The position numbers and the translations under genes were made by a program. A stretch of 64,000 nt of DNA from the human T2T-CHM13v2.0 reference genome, Homo sapiens: NCBI RefSeq assembly GCF_009914755.1, contig NC_060931.1; one strand, given 5' to 3'. The notes under the pieces are model-generated. The model made no database searches. It saw nothing but the letters and a program-made list of their open reading frames with translations, and was not told where the DNA came from. Below, piece after piece: positions 39,901 to 55,916 of this stretch. Numbering within the stretch: the stretch's first letter is position 1; each line of letters starts with the position of its first letter.

Positions 39901-40554
39901 CTGCAAAGGGGGGGATCAGTTTTTAGCAGGTTATTTCTGAGAAGCCTGTGGGATGCCCTGGGCTCAATTCCAAGCAGCTCCCCAGAGGTGTTGTGGGGAC
40001 CACAGGGAGAACGCGCATGGCACATGGCCATGCCCCAGCCCTGGGTGCAGGTGGCACTGGGCCAGTAGGTGCCACTGGCCCAACCCCCCGTCTACACGTG
40101 GTCTGTCCTTTCACCACCCGCCCCCACCACACACACACACACCAACCCTGTGTACCGTCACATTGTCATTTCTTTCTTCATCTCTTCCCATCCTCCAACC
40201 CCCCTACACATACACACACACAAGTTTTTACATAGGGTTCAAAGGAATGACAGACCTCTCATGTCCAGCCTTCAATCCCCAGAGGCCCTAAATTAATGCT
40301 CCCCATTTTAGACAAGTAGGAGGACCAAAGGCAGACCTCAATAGTCAGAGAAGGGACCATGGAGGAGAGAGAGGAGTGAGGCTCAGGCAGGTAGAGGGAG
40401 GCCAAGGAGAGCCAGGCATGGCTGAGACAGCGAAAAAACCATGTGGAGTCGCACAGAGAGGTGGGCCGTGTCCCAAGCTGCACAGCACTCAGGTGGAACG
40501 GATATCACAGATAGTCCATGTGGGCCAAGGGGGCATGATTCAATGCACATTCAC

Positions 40555-40781
40555 TTTTTTTTTTTTTGGAGACAAGGCCTTGCTCTGTTGTCCAGGCTGG
40601 AGTGCAACGGCACAATCATAGCTCACTGCAGCCTCTATTCTCAGACTCAGGTGATCCTCCCACCTCAGCCTCCCAAGTAGCTGGGATCACAAGCACATGC
40701 CACCATGCCCAGCTAATTTTTTAAATTTTTTGTAGAGACAGGGTCTCGCTATGTAGCCCAGGCTGGTCTCGAATTCCTGGG
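40555..40781 (-). mobile_element. AluJ, 5'-truncated
   Basis: ATCATAGCTCACTGCAGCCTC and GGGTCTCGCTATGT; ends about 170 nt upstream of the exon at 40949. Confidence 0.88.
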
Positions 40782-40948
40782 TGTTTACTTCTTGAGCAAG
40801 AGCTCATTTTCTGAGGCCTCTACCTCACACTCACAATAAACTGCTGTGTCACAATCACACTTAGCAGTGTTAGGGTGCTCATAGTGTGCTTGCTCTATGT
40901 TTTTCCTAATTCCCCACTCCTTACCCCGTCCGCCCTGACCTGTCTCAG

Positions 40949-41134
40949 AGTGCCTACCGAGTCTTCACCAGTAGCACCTGCTTAAAGCACATGATTCTGA
41001 AAGTCCGACGGGATGCTCGCAATTTTGAACGCTACCAGCACAACCGGGACTTGGTGAATTTCATCAACATGTTCGCAGACACTCGGCTGGAACTGCCCCG
41101 GGGCTGGGAGATCAAAACGGACCAGCAGGGAAAG
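40949..41134 (+). CDS. HECW1: HECW1 coding exon (186 nt), helical region and first half of WW2: [62 protein letters not shown]
   Basis: Acceptor tgtctcAG at 40947-48, donor GTgagt at 41135; 62 whole codons. Confidence 0.96.
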
Positions 41135-41288
41135 GTGAGTGTGACCCACGTGCGGGGCTTTCATCAAACAGGCTCCTTCCCCAGGGTGAAGCTAGCAAGG
41201 GCGTGAGGAGGAGAGTGTGGGGAGGAGTTATGTCTGAGAGATGTGCTATCGGCCGCCAGCAGTAAAGGGGCTGATAACCACCCACATC

Positions 41289-41425
41289 TGGGTTTCTCAA
41301 CCTCAGCACTACTCTGAGGAATACCCTGTGCCTTACGGGACATTAGCAGCACTCCTAGCCCTCACGCCGCTAGATGCCAACTGTTGTGACATTGCTATGT
41401 GTTCCCTGTAATTAAGAACCACTGT
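41289..41425 (-). mobile_element. MER20, degenerate
   Basis: GGGTTTCTCAACCTCAGCACTA...CTAGATGCCA...TTGTGACA...AAGAACCACTG. Confidence 0.65.
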
Positions 41426-44400
41426 CTACATTTTTTTTAAATTTAGGTTTGGAATGTGGAACTGAATTCTGTCCAATGACCTTTCGGTTGTTTGCCTCCT
41501 TAGACAGCTAACTCTCAGGGGATGAACTCATTGGTTAAATGCAGTGACATTGTTAGATTATTTGTTGTGATTTCTCTAATACACCTTAAGTTTTCTGTAA
41601 AACAGCCTAACAAGCAGGGTGGGGTGTGCTAGGCCCATGTGATCTTCCTGGCTTACATTTTGCTTCTGTATAACCTTAACCCAAACTGGGTCTTCCTGGC
41701 CATGCTTTAGAAGACCAGCTGAGTCTGAAAACAAGAAGGATTTTTCCTAATCTTCATCAGCCATCTCGATGTATTCAAAGGACAGGCCAAGTACTAGAAC
41801 TGAACCTGTGTAACCTTCTATGAACTTTACCAGAGAGAATCCCTCCCTCTTTATGGTCCAAGGAACCAGAAGCTTTGCCTGCAGTCATGTCTGTGACGTG
41901 TCCTTTCCTCTGTGAACATGGGCCTGCAAAGCCACGTTCCCCAAAGGGAGCTGATGGGGCATCAATGTCCCCTCGAAGCCATGAGTCTCTCTCCTATAAA
42001 CCCCTTAGTATGCCTCAGAACCTGGACTCTCTGGAGTGTATGGGGAAAGAATGGGGGACTCATTACAAGTCCATTCATAAAATGAATCTCCAGGACCAGC
42101 TCCTCTGTAACCAGGGATGAATTAGGGGAGGGGAAAGGACATGTGTAGTAGAAAAGTCACTGTAGCCAGGATCTGCTCCCTGGGACCTTCTCATTGACTG
42201 GACGTGGCCTCTGTTGGGAGAGTGACAATGATTTGTATGTGGGGACTTGGTGATATGTATTAGGGTGGGAAAATGAAGCCTGAGCCAGAACAGAAAGTGA
42301 AGGAGTGGCTTATCAGAGCTCGGTTTCGGGTAGCCACGTTTACATTTATTGCTTAACCAGGATGCCAAGATGACACCACCATGTTCATCATGCAAACAGC
42401 ACACACCAATGTGAACAGTTTGCCGAGCCTTGGATTTCCATGACTGCAGCTTTTGCACCAAGATAAGGATGACAGGGAGCACAGTGGAATGACAAGGAGG
42501 CTTCCCAATGCAATAAGCCCTAGTTCTCCATGGCACACATGCAGATGATGTGACATCTCCTGGTCATCACACCAGCAGGGAAGCACAGAGATGCACTGTG
42601 AGAGTTTTGTTCCATTTGGGAATGCATATGAGGGAATTTCTGACAAGACCTCTTCCCCCTAATTCTCTTTAGCAAGAAGATATCATACATGAGAAAGAAA
42701 AAATCTGAATTTCAAATGAGAAGACTTTCAGTTATGACACAAACTAGCTGTGTGCCTACACACACATGCTCACACACACACACACAAATGGTCTCAGCAA
42801 TTTCTTATTAATTGAACACACACACATACACACACTCATAGTTACAGAATGTCTAAGAGGCATACCATGTAGTGAATTGCTGGGGAAAGTAGCCTTAGAC
42901 TTGCAATGTATTACCACAGTCCATAGGGTGGTCAGAGAGGAACAAAGGAGGATAGTGGGAAAAATACATGGACTAGTCCATCTCAGTCTAAATACATGAC
43001 CCTGTGCAAGTCACTCCACATTTCTGAGCCTTAAAATAGCAACAGTAATGCCTATGTTGCCTTCATGATTTTACAACCAGATAAATAAGTTAATAAGTTA
43101 ATGAAGGAATGATTATTAATATCATGACAGATTAGTAGTATCTACCACTTTCTCTTAATGTCCCCAAAAATAATCCAAGATCAAGATTGTGAAGTGGGGG
43201 AAATAAAAGAATATCTCATTGCCAAAGCCCATTGATAAGGGGAATAGATTGAGAAAAGTATGTTTGGACCGTGTCTTACAGGTTTCACCCTCTAACTTGG
43301 AAAGGATATGCTGCACAGGAGGCTGAGAGTTAGGAATACAACTCACTAAACAGTGGGGTGGCCATAGCTCACTATGCAAAAGCCACCTTCATAGCTGGCC
43401 AGAGCAGGTCCTTGCCCCTCACCCTGGACAATCTGCTTCTTGCTTTATCTACACATTCAAAGATGGCAACATTTGCTTTTATTATCCACCATGGTAGGAA
43501 GTAGAAGGGATGGGCAGAGCTGTTTGGTGTCTTTGAATGCGTGGTCATCTCTACAAAGGGGACAGAGGTAAGCAGCTCAGAGCTCTGCTGCTTCAGGAGG
43601 ACCGGGGCAAAGAACACGCTGGCATCTGACTCATCTGCCATCTTCAGAGTCTGAGAAAGGAGGACAGAGCCTTCTGCCCAATTTTATAGAGATTGCATGT
43701 GTGCCTCAAACCTCATTCCAAGTCTAAGCTGAGGGAGGCAGTCACCATCAGAGAGGTAGGGTGATGGGCCCCATGGGTCCTATCTTGTGGCAGACATGAG
43801 ACCAAGGCAGCCTCTGCTAAGGAATGAATAAATAAAATGAGAAGGGGCCTAGGAAGAGACACTACTGCAAGAAGCAAACAGAATCTTGGTCTGACAAAAA
43901 GCATGTCTTTTTTTCAGAAAGTATATTTTTTTCCCAGAAAGTATAATTTTCTTTGGAAAATAGAACTATTTAAAAGACATCTATTCATCATCCATGAAAT
44001 GGTACAGGAGCACATGACTTCTGTTATTAACTAAGAGGAAAAAGCCGCAAACAGAAAACAAGCTGAGAGGAAACAGACATAAGTAGTCTGAAAATAGCTG
44101 TTTTAAGATTGCAGGGAAAAGCAAAAGGTAATAATAGCATAGGGATAAAACAGAGCAGCACTGATGCTATGTGAAATCTCATCACTGATATGGCGTATGA
44201 ACACGGAAACAGCCTCTAAAGCAGAAGGAAGGAACCAGATTTCAATCAGTGGAGGAGACAGTAAAAAAAAAGAAATGCAAAAACTGAAAAAAGAAAAAAC
44301 TTATCTTCTCTATGCCTGTCCTAACCATCCAAGTTAATACCACGACCTTCCCTGACCCCTAGGCCATGTGCTCCCCCATGTCACTTACACATTTATTAGG

Positions 44401-44962
44401 TTTATTGCTTATTGTCTGTTTCTTGTGGCAGGATTTTAAGCTTTTTAAGAACAGAAATCTTTGTTTTGCTCATTGATAAAACATCAAGGGCCAAGAATCG
44501 TGCCTAGTATATAGTTGGCATTCAATAAATCTCTGTTGCACCAATGACTTATAGAGTTACCTGAGGGAAGAAACCAGAATACTAGGTATAGCAGGAATAA
44601 TTAAGTATTAATGTTAATTATATTAAATAAATATTAATTAAATATTAAAATTAAAATGTTGCTGATTTAAAACAAATTATTAAGGTGAGCAGATTAATTG
44701 GGCTCACTAAATTACAGTAAAGGTAATTAAAATACATTATATATCTACACATGTTCTGGAATGTCTTTAAATAGAAATTCTTTAAAAATCTTATCAATAT
44801 GCAGCCATGATAATATAAAAGTTACCTACAAAAGATTAAAAATCAGACAAGCTTCAAATTTCCCATCCTAAAAATGAAACTAGAGAAATCCACAGACACA
44901 AAAACAACCTCATGCAAAATCAGAGTTTACCCTACTCTTTTACCCATCCTGATTGTTACAGT

Positions 44963-45393
44963 TTGATAGTTTGGATATGATTTGTTTGACCCCTTCAAAT
45001 CTCACACTGGAATTTAATCCCCACTGTGGCAGTGTTGGAGGTGGGGCCTAGTGGAAGGTGTTTGGGTCACAGGGACAGATCCCTCAGGAAGAACTGGTGC
45101 CATCCTTGCAGCAATGAGTGAGTTCTCACCTTATTAGTTCCCTCTAGAGCTGGTTGTTAAAAACAGCCTGGCACCCACCCTCTACCCCCACTCTGTCTGG
45201 CTTCATCTCTTACCATGAAATCTCTGCACATGCTCCCCTTCACCCTCCACCGTGAGTGGAAGGAAGCAGCCTGGGGCTTTCACCAGACACCCAGTCTTCC
45301 AATCAGCAGGATCATGAGCCAAATAAACCTTTTTTCTTTAGAAATTTCCTGGTTTCAGGTATTCCTGTGTAGCAACACAAACACACTAAGACA
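44963..45393 (+). mobile_element. MST-family (MaLR) solo LTR
   Basis: ATAGTTTGGAT...GTTGGAGGTGGGGCCT...CAAATAAACC...AGCAACACAA...ACTAAGACA. Confidence 0.8.
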
Positions 45394-46196
45394 CTGATGA
45401 AACACCAAAAGCCATTCTCCAGATGGATCACTAATGAATCAAAGCACGACATTAATAGTGAGAAAATGATAGTATAAAAAGGACTAGTGGTGAGTATTTA
45501 AATCAATCAAATACCTAAGTATAAATAAAAGTAATTGTTGTTAAAATGCTTTAAAACATATTGGAAAAGTCTAAATAAAATATGGGAAAAGTTGTATAAT
45601 ACAAATGGAATAGTTGTATAATAACAGTCTGGATCAACATCACCAGACTGGAATAAAAAAAAAAAAGTAAGGAAGTGAGAATAGGGAAGATGAGCAGGAG
45701 AAGGAAAGTTATGCTAGTTGGGCTCAAGGGGAGTAAAACGGGATCATTTAAAAAACAAAGGTTAAATATGGTAATCTGACAAGCTTAAAAGGCAACTGTT
45801 TGTACCATTTAAAATAGAATTTTTCTCTTCCAAAATCCTTCAAAAGATAAAATCAAACAAAATAGAGTTTGTATGACAAAGCACACAAAAAATTGCAAAG
45901 AAGATGGAAATAATAAAAGTAAGATAACAAGTAAGTAAGTAAAGTAAAAAAGTAAAGCCAAGCATAACAGTTATGGCAATAGGTGGAAACATGATAAACT
46001 TAGATACCAAAAGGAAAACACTCTCAGCTTTGGTAACAAACAGATCCAGTTTACAAAAAGACATACCTAAGAGGTGATTTAGAAAGTTTAGAAATAAAAG
46101 AATAAATATTAATATAGTGTGAAGACAATAACAGAAAAACCAGTGGTGATGTATTAATATAATACAAAGGGGAGTTTCAATCATAATCCTTAAATG

Positions 46197-46596
<400 letters not shown>

Positions 46597-47574
46597 TTAT
46601 ATTAAATAAAGAAAAATCAAGGAGAAATGAAAGGAGATGAAAGACATACAGTCGTAGTAGGAAAATGTGTTTTATATCCATCAGTTTGACAGATTAAATA
46701 GACAAAATAATTTGAGATTTAAATAATATAACTTTATGTGAATGAAACATATTAATTCTTTTATTAGAAATAGAGTTTACATGAATGGATAAACAAAATG
46801 TGGTATATACCTGCAATGAAATGTTTGTCCTTACAAAGAAATGAAATTCTGACACATGCTACAACATGAATGAACCTTGAAGACATTGTGCTAAGTGAAA
46901 TAAGCAAGACACAGAAGGACAAGAATTATGATTCCACTCATATGAGGAACCTAGAATAGATTTATAGAGATAGAAAGTAGATCAGAGGTTCCCAGGGGCT
47001 TCAAGGAGTAGAAAATGAGGAGTTATTGTTTTGTGGATACAGTGTTTCAATTTGGGAAGGTGAAAAAGTGCTGGGGAAGGAGAGTGGTGATGGTTGCACA
47101 ACCGTGAGAATTTATTATACTTAATGCCACTGAACTGTACACTTAAAAATTGTTATTGTTTTACGTATATTTTGCCACAACAACAAAAAAGGAAAAGGGC
47201 CCCAAAAATGAAGCTGACAACTTTTCATGATTATTTTTGTAAGTGGTGATAGTCTACAATGCAAAGAAAACAAAAAAGCAGAATATAGCCAGGTCACATC
47301 CTGTGGCCATATAGCAATAAAACTGAATTGTAAGTAAATTTAAGCACAATTGTAAGAACAAAATCTTTGCCAGCTGGAAAGTAAAAGCAATGTTCTAGAT
47401 GACTCTTGGGCTTAAAATAAAATAAAGACTTAGAAACCATTGAGAAATTGTTGAAAATACATGTGAACAATACTTAATAAAATATAGAAAGGATATACTC
47501 AAAGACTTAGTAGCATTAGGGAATTTCAGTTGATTAAGAAGTGTTTTTTAAAAATTACTTGATAAAAATTAAAT

Positions 47575-47876
<302 letters not shown>

Positions 47877-50163
47877 GAATACACATTTATATTTTAAAAA
47901 CAAATACTCTTGGTAAACTAAGAATGTAAATATGTTTTCGTGACCTAATAAAGCCTCCTTTAAAACAGTGGACATCTTATTGTACAATCGGGTCTAGTAG
48001 TTTTCCCTTAAAAATCAAGAATAAGAAAAGATTTCAACCACCACTTCTTATTTAACGTTGTTCTAGAAGTACTCACCAATATTACAAAAAAAGGAGGTAA
48101 AAATAGAAGAGCCCTCCTAAAGAAGGAGACAAAATTAACATGATTTGCAATTAAAAATCCAAGAGGATATACTTAAGAGTCATTTATTTGATGGAAGCAT
48201 TTAATATGATGAGCAGACAAAAAGTAAATACACAAATAATAACTTTCCTGAGTACCAGCAATGAAGGGTTATAAAACATTATAGGAAAAGATACACTCAG
48301 AAGAGCAACAGATAATATTAAATACCTATAAATTATCTTAACCAGAAATATGTGTCTTTCAGTAAAACAACTACAAAACTGTACTAAGAAAAAAATTCTT
48401 TAATAGACATGTTCAGAAATGGGAAATGGTTACACCAACTATCATGAGGAAAGAATTCTCTCCGAAATCATTTGCAGTCTCAAAGTGATTCTAAACAAAA
48501 TCCCAATAGAACTATTTTTGGAACTTAATAAAATTAATATTAGTTCCTCTGGAAAAATGAAAACAGACAAGAATATGTAAGAAAATATTGGAAAAGAAAG
48601 AGGAAACTTGCCCTACAGATGTTAATAATTGGAATAGTGCGGTACCAGTGAAAAGCCTCAGGCCACTGGAGCAAATAAAATATCCTGAAACACAGTAGTA
48701 TTTATAAGAAATGTATTTATAATAAAACAATAGGAAATGAATGATTTGGAAAAGTGAGCTCTCTGAGAAAACTGTCAAACTACAACTTAATATTATACCA
48801 AAATAAGTTTCAGAAAGGTAAAGATTTAGTGTTAACGATTAACTCACCTAAACTAAAGCTAGAAAAATATAGTTAAACACTTAACTGACCCCTGGAGAGG
48901 AATGATTGAGAGATTTGAATACATAGGAATATTAAAAATTCAGTGTATTAGAAAATAAAGCAAACAAATATCAAAAGCAAATTTGAAAGCAGATGTATAA
49001 CTTAGCACTTGGATAATAAATAAGAAAACTTTAACATCCCGACAACAATAGCAAAAAAGGGAACAGACATCGCAGGCAACACACTAAGGAAGGAATGACT
49101 AATTAGCCCATGAGAAAATGTTTTTCTTTTGTAAATTCCCTGGGAAATTGTAATTCATCATTATTTACCATTTAACATTTCTAAGAGTTCTTTCAAAATT
49201 AGTATTTGTGAGAGCATTATAAAGAGGAAGATTCATGAACTAATGGTAACATGATAGATCTGGACAACTGTTGTGAAGATAGTTTATTAGTATGGATCAA
49301 TAATCATAAATATTTTTCTAACTTTAACCAAGTAATTAATTCAACTTTTAGAAATGCATACTAAACAATTGCCACAGATACACAAATATAAGGAACCTAT
49401 TTAATTTAATTTCTAAACATCTCAGCATGTATTTGAATAATGAAAAGTCTATTTTTAATATTTGTTAGGTTAGCTTACACTTGTGTGTTTAAAAAGCATG
49501 TTGATGCATTTTGTTTTTTCCCATTCCCATTTAAGTCTCATTCCATTTCCTTGTATTTTTGACGTCACTAGTGTCATTTTTTGAGTCCTCTACCAATTTT
49601 TCAAGGGTATATCATCTTCAGTTCCAATTGAACATACAGCCCTTTTTGAATCTGTGTGGCATGCTATCTTGGGGAATTTTACTGCAAGTCACAAATATTG
49701 ATTCACATGATATTAGTAGTGTTGTTATTTACCTTTTTCCTGGGGGGTGTATTTTTATCTCAATTATGAAACCACTTCCTGTATGAGTTTTTATAAAGCT
49801 CTTTAAACTGCTTGTTTACAGTGACATCAAATACTTGAAATTATAAGCTCATACCTTCCAAGAATAATTTCTAAATCTGTATAAAATTTCTTTTAACTAC
49901 TTTTGTCAGGTAAACCTAAAAATATCTAAAACTAGCATTGATTGAGGTCATTTAAAGCTGATATGACTTCACCAAATGTTACTGTTGGTTGAAAAGAGAG
50001 TAATTAAAAAGTTGTCTTATGGTACAAAGGGTTTTGTTGAAAAAAAAGGTAATAACTTTCTCTTTTATGAGAGATAATTTTAAAGTTAAAGAACAATGTT
50101 GCCATATATTGGAATATATATGGTACTCAGACATGGCACAAGGATTTATATTCGAGAGTGTTC

Positions 50164-50481
<318 letters not shown>

Positions 50482-51031
50482 TTAAAACAGTAAAAAAGTC
50501 AAATGTCTAACAATTAAGGGTACTAAAATTAATTGTTATACTTCCATCAAACAATATCATGTAGTCATTAAAATTCTCCATTAAAAGAATATTTAATAAT
50601 TTAGGGAAATACTTATAAAATAACAAGTGAAAAACCTCATAAAATTATAGATCTTGATGTGAAGAAAATATGTATATATTTGAATGTATAGAAAAGAAAA
50701 AACTAAGGAGGAAAAAATCAAAATTTTTTTTGATTTGGGGTGATTTTTATTATCTTCTTTCTACTTTTTTATCTTTTTAAAGTTTTTTCTCAGTGAAAAT
50801 ATACACATTCTATAATAAAAAAGAGCATTTATCTTAAATATAAATAAAATACTCTACAAATTATTAATTACTAGTATTATCTTAACCCAGTAAAGGCTCT
50901 ATTGCTCTTACTTTCTGTGTTGAATAAAGTATTATAGTCACTACTTAGAAACTCCATGTTTTATCTATGACTGATACTGCTTCATTCAGCTACTGAGCAA
51001 ACAGGCACAGTGTCCTGTTCCCCATTTAGAT

Positions 51032-51467
51032 CAGTGGTCTCCAACCTTTCTGACACCAGGGACCAGTTTTATGGAAGGCAATTTTTCCACGGATGGGAGG
51101 GTAGGGGATAGTTTTAGGAAGACAAGCACATTACATTTATTATGCACTTTATTTGTATTATTATTACATTGTATTATATAATGAAATAATCCTATAGCTC
51201 ACTGTGATGTATAATCAGTGGGAGCCCTGAGCTGGTTTTCTGTGATTAGATGCTGCCATCTGGGGGTAATGAGAGACGGTGACAGATCATCAGGCATTAG
51301 ATTCTCATAAGGAGTGTGCAACCCAGATCCCACACATGCACGGTTCACAATGGGGTTTGTGCTCCTATGAGAATCTAATGGCACCACTGATCTGACAGGA
51401 GGTGGAGCTCAAGTGGTAATGCTCACTCGCCCGTGGCTCACCTCCTGCTGTGCAGCCAAGTTTTTAA
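51032..51467 (+). mobile_element. MER1A (hAT-Charlie)
   Basis: CAGTGGTCTCCAACCTTT..ACACCAGGGACCAGTTT...GCATTAGATTCTCATAAGGAG...GATCTGACAGGAGGTGGAGCTC. Confidence 0.82.
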
Positions 51468-51638
51468 CCTGAACTAGATAGATGAGTTTTGAGTAGATTA
51501 AAAAAGGAAGTAGGGGTAGGGGAGGCTGGGCAGAAATAAACCTGAGGCCTGGGCCCTGTAGCACTCCTGTATATTACTGACTCCATTTTGGCCTATTCTC
51601 ACACCACACGGTGCTTTTTTTCACTGGTCTGTTCGCAG

Positions 51639-51773
51639 TCTTTTTTCGTGGACCACAACAGTCGAGCTACCACTTTCATTGACCCCCGAATCCCTCTTCA
51701 GAACGGTCGTCTTCCCAATCATCTAACTCACCGACAGCACCTCCAGAGGCTCCGAAGTTACAGCGCTGGAGAG
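51639..51773 (+). CDS. HECW1: HECW1 coding exon (135 nt), second half of WW2: [45 protein letters not shown]
   Basis: Acceptor gttcgcAG at 51637-38, donor GTaacc at 51774; 45 whole codons. Confidence 0.96.
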
Positions 51774-52613
51774 GTAACCCTCCCTACACCCCGCCCTACT
51801 GTTCACCGGTCACAGTCTCTGCCTCTTCCATGGGAGCAGAACAGTTCTTCAGTGGCTAGGATCTAGGGTTGCCTGCGCTGGAAGAGATTAAGCCATATGC
51901 ACCCTGCTTTGTAGAAGAATGATGACCGGGACACCCACTTAACACCCCAGAGCTGTCTTCAGTTACCTTTTCTGCCTTGCCTTTTGTCCCACACAATCAC
52001 CACTACTAAAAACCTGTCTAGTTGAAAGGAAACTGAAAATGCACTGTCAGGAGATCCCTACACTTATGGCTGGAGCTGTGCCTCCTGAGGCCTGTCATGT
52101 GTGAATACATGGAACTGCCATGGTATGTCTGACTAACTTTAAACTTCTACCTCTCCAAAACATCCTAGAAAATACTTCAATAATGTATCCATGGACTAGA
52201 AACTAGGGGGAATTAACCAGGCCACAGGAAGTGGTGCTCTATTCCCACTCTATTCGCGCTCTACAATGTGCTCTTTCCTTGGCAGCACTTTGTGGCTACC
52301 ATGAAAGGCTAAGGATCACTTCATTGCCTTTCTGAATTAGTATCTATATCCCATACTCTTCCTGCCCTTCTTTCTCGAGCCAAAACTCAAAACATAGCTC
52401 TTTTTTTGCTCCTGATCAGTTCCTGACAATATCATGAGCAAATTTCTTTTTATGTCCTAATTGACATTTCCCAAGTATCTGTGCCTTCTTTTTGTGGAAA
52501 CCACCAGGACCTCAAGAGATGTGGCTTCTGAGAACTACTTCCCATAAAACAGCTTTTAGAATTGGATTATCATAAGGTTAAAAAATCAAAAATATGGAGT
52601 AGGAAGGAAAGGA

Positions 52614-52780
52614 ATATATGTGTATGTAGGTGAGTGAGTTTGTGTGTGTGTGCGTGTGTGTGTGTGTACATATGTGTGTGTGTGTGTATATATATACACA
52701 CACATATATACGCATATATATATACACACACACACACATATATACGCATATATATATATATATACACACACACACATATG
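52614..52780. repeat. Compound (TG)n-(TA)n-(CA)n microsatellite
   Basis: Direct reading. Confidence 0.95.
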
Positions 52781-53729
52781 CCACAGTGAGTCATTCCAGG
52801 GAGAGCCAGGGAGTTTCTCTCCAGAGAAACTGGGAAGATAACAATTCACCCTGCAGCCACGTCCTCCAGATAGCAAACATAAGTCTCAAGGGAAGAGCCT
52901 ATTGTTGATGTATCGGCACCAGTTATTTACCACTTTTTCAGAAGGAGTCCTGTGTATACTCTGAGAAACATAACTATTTCCAACCAGTGGCACTCATGGC
53001 TTAATGCCAGTGTGATAAAATGAATGTTTTTTCATGGAGTCGTCTTAAGTATCATTGTTTCAGGAGACTGCTGAAAGCATGCTAAATCTTTCTTTCTTCA
53101 TATATATAAGGTGTATGTGACTAGGCAGAGAGGGAGTACTACACATCCCTGAGCATTACATGGGTGTCAGGATTTGCTAGATGCAGACGTGTTCACAGAC
53201 TACAGAAAGCAATGCCCCAGCTTCCCAGTTCAACATGCATAGTCTCCCTCCCTGGTGGCATTCCTGTAACACTTCACAAAGTACAAGGTGGGTTGTCTTG
53301 AGATTATAGGGAATAAATTCAAAATTCTTCATGAAGTTGAATATGCCTTTAAAAAGTTCAAGCTCTTTAATCTCATTAAGACAATTTCAGTATCCACATA
53401 GGGTAACTACATGTGATAAAGTAGCTGAGTACTGCAGACAGATTCACTGTCAATAAAACAAAAACTTCAGTTGTGCAAGATTAAGTCCCTAAAATACAGA
53501 TCTCTTACAATTACAAGAAATTAGTCTGAAATGTAAATATTTAAAACCTTTCTAACTGAAAGAACAAGACTGAAACCATGGACACCACTTGCATTACCTG
53601 TTTTAAAACATGTGTTTCATGTGATTGAATAGCCCAAATAGAGTTAATTTAATATCATTTAAATCATTAATATCATTTGCCATAACATGTATGGCAAAGT
53701 GCCATCTGTATCAGTTAAGAACTAGCTGG

Positions 53730-54032
<303 letters not shown>

Positions 54033-54659
54033 CTAGCTGGAAGACTCTAACACATATGATGAAAGGGCGTTGCTGTGTACCAGCCATCTGTCTGCTTCCT
54101 AATGCATCCACCCTGACTGTTCGTCACATTTCCAAACCTCACCCATCCCTATGCCCATCCTCTCTCTTCTGGTAGCTTTTGGCTGACAGAAGAGGACACC
54201 AAGAAAAGCAACGGAGAGAGAAGCCAAGAGGCAGAGAGTATCTGATCCAGAGGCAGTGCACCAGAGAAAACAAAGACTCGGCCTCTAAGAAAATAAATAT
54301 GTGGTTCCTCCCACTGCAAGAGCCCTCAGCCTAGGGATAAGGAGACAGAGGGACTCTGGTATCAAAATAGAGGGGAGTGGGTGGTAGGAAATGTTGACTG
54401 CATTTGCTGTGATGTGATTTTGCTCAGCAAAAATTGATTCCATGCATGGCTTGCTATGAGCCCTGTGGAATGCAAAATATGAGACAATCCCTGCCTTAGA
54501 GAAGTTTGTATTCCACTTTTGAAGCCAGGCCAAAAATACATACAGAGTTAAGTAACGAGAGAAATCAGAATATGGTTGAGTGGCAAGAGAGATGTTAGGA
54601 TAAGTGCCACAAAAGTTCAAAAGAAGCCAAGGAAAAGTATCTTTTAAAATAAGGTGCCT

Positions 54660-54965
54660 GGCCAGGCACAGTGACTCATGCCTGTAATGAAAACACTTTG
54701 GGAAGCTGAGATGGGAGCATCACTTGAGCCTAGGAGTTTGCAACCAGTCTGGGCAGCATGGCAGGACCTTTTCTCTACAAAAATTTAAAAATTAGTCAGA
54801 TGTGGTGGCGTGCACCTGTGCTCCCAGCTTCTCGGGAGGCTGAAGTGGGAGGATGGCTTGAGCCTGGGAGGTAGAGGCTGAAGCTAAATGTGTTCACACC
54901 ACTGCACTCCAGCCTAGGCAACAGTGCAAGACTCTGTCTCAACAAAACAAAACAAATAATAAAAT
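54660..54965 (+). mobile_element. AluJ
   Basis: Diverged dimer; TSD AAAATAAGGTGCCTG/AAAATAAAGTACCTG. Confidence 0.88.
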
Positions 54966-55564
54966 AAAATAAAGTACCTGACTAGAACTTGAAAACTGGT
55001 AGAATAGGTACAAAGGATGGGGAAGGGAAGCCTTACAGAGCACAGCCTAAGCAAAGGTGCAGAGGTCGGATTGAGAAAGGCTCACAGAGAGACAGTGACT
55101 AGTTCGGTCTGAGCCAAGCAGCAGGTTCCCGCTTGCTGTGCCTTGGTTTTCAGAAAACTTTAGTGCTGCATGGAAGAGTTGGAACTTTTTTAAGGGACCA
55201 CTGAATGAATTTGAGGAAAGTAATTGATTCATCCATTGTTTCAGGGTGAAGTCATCTCTAAAACACATTTGAGAGATGGGGAAAGACTCTTGGCATTTGG
55301 GGCAGGACAATTCTCTGATGTGTGGAATCATCCCATTACCTTGCAGGACTTTTTTTCCTGACCCCATCCATTAAATGTCAGGAGTGCCCCCAGTTCCCCA
55401 AGTCATTATGACAAAACAAAACAGAACAGCCCCCCAGCATTTCCACACACCCATAGATGGTAGCATTACCCCAGTGAAGAACCATTATTTTACAGTCCAG
55501 TAAACTGAAATACCAAGAGCTCACTTCACATAGGGAGTTCAGGACCACAGCTCAGGTTTCCTAA

Positions 55565-55916
<352 letters not shown>

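Noticed and set aside
41362-41381. CTCF-like CCGCTAGATGCCA
   Set aside because: Mismatch in the GGC core and part of a MER20 relic; too weak without ChIP data.
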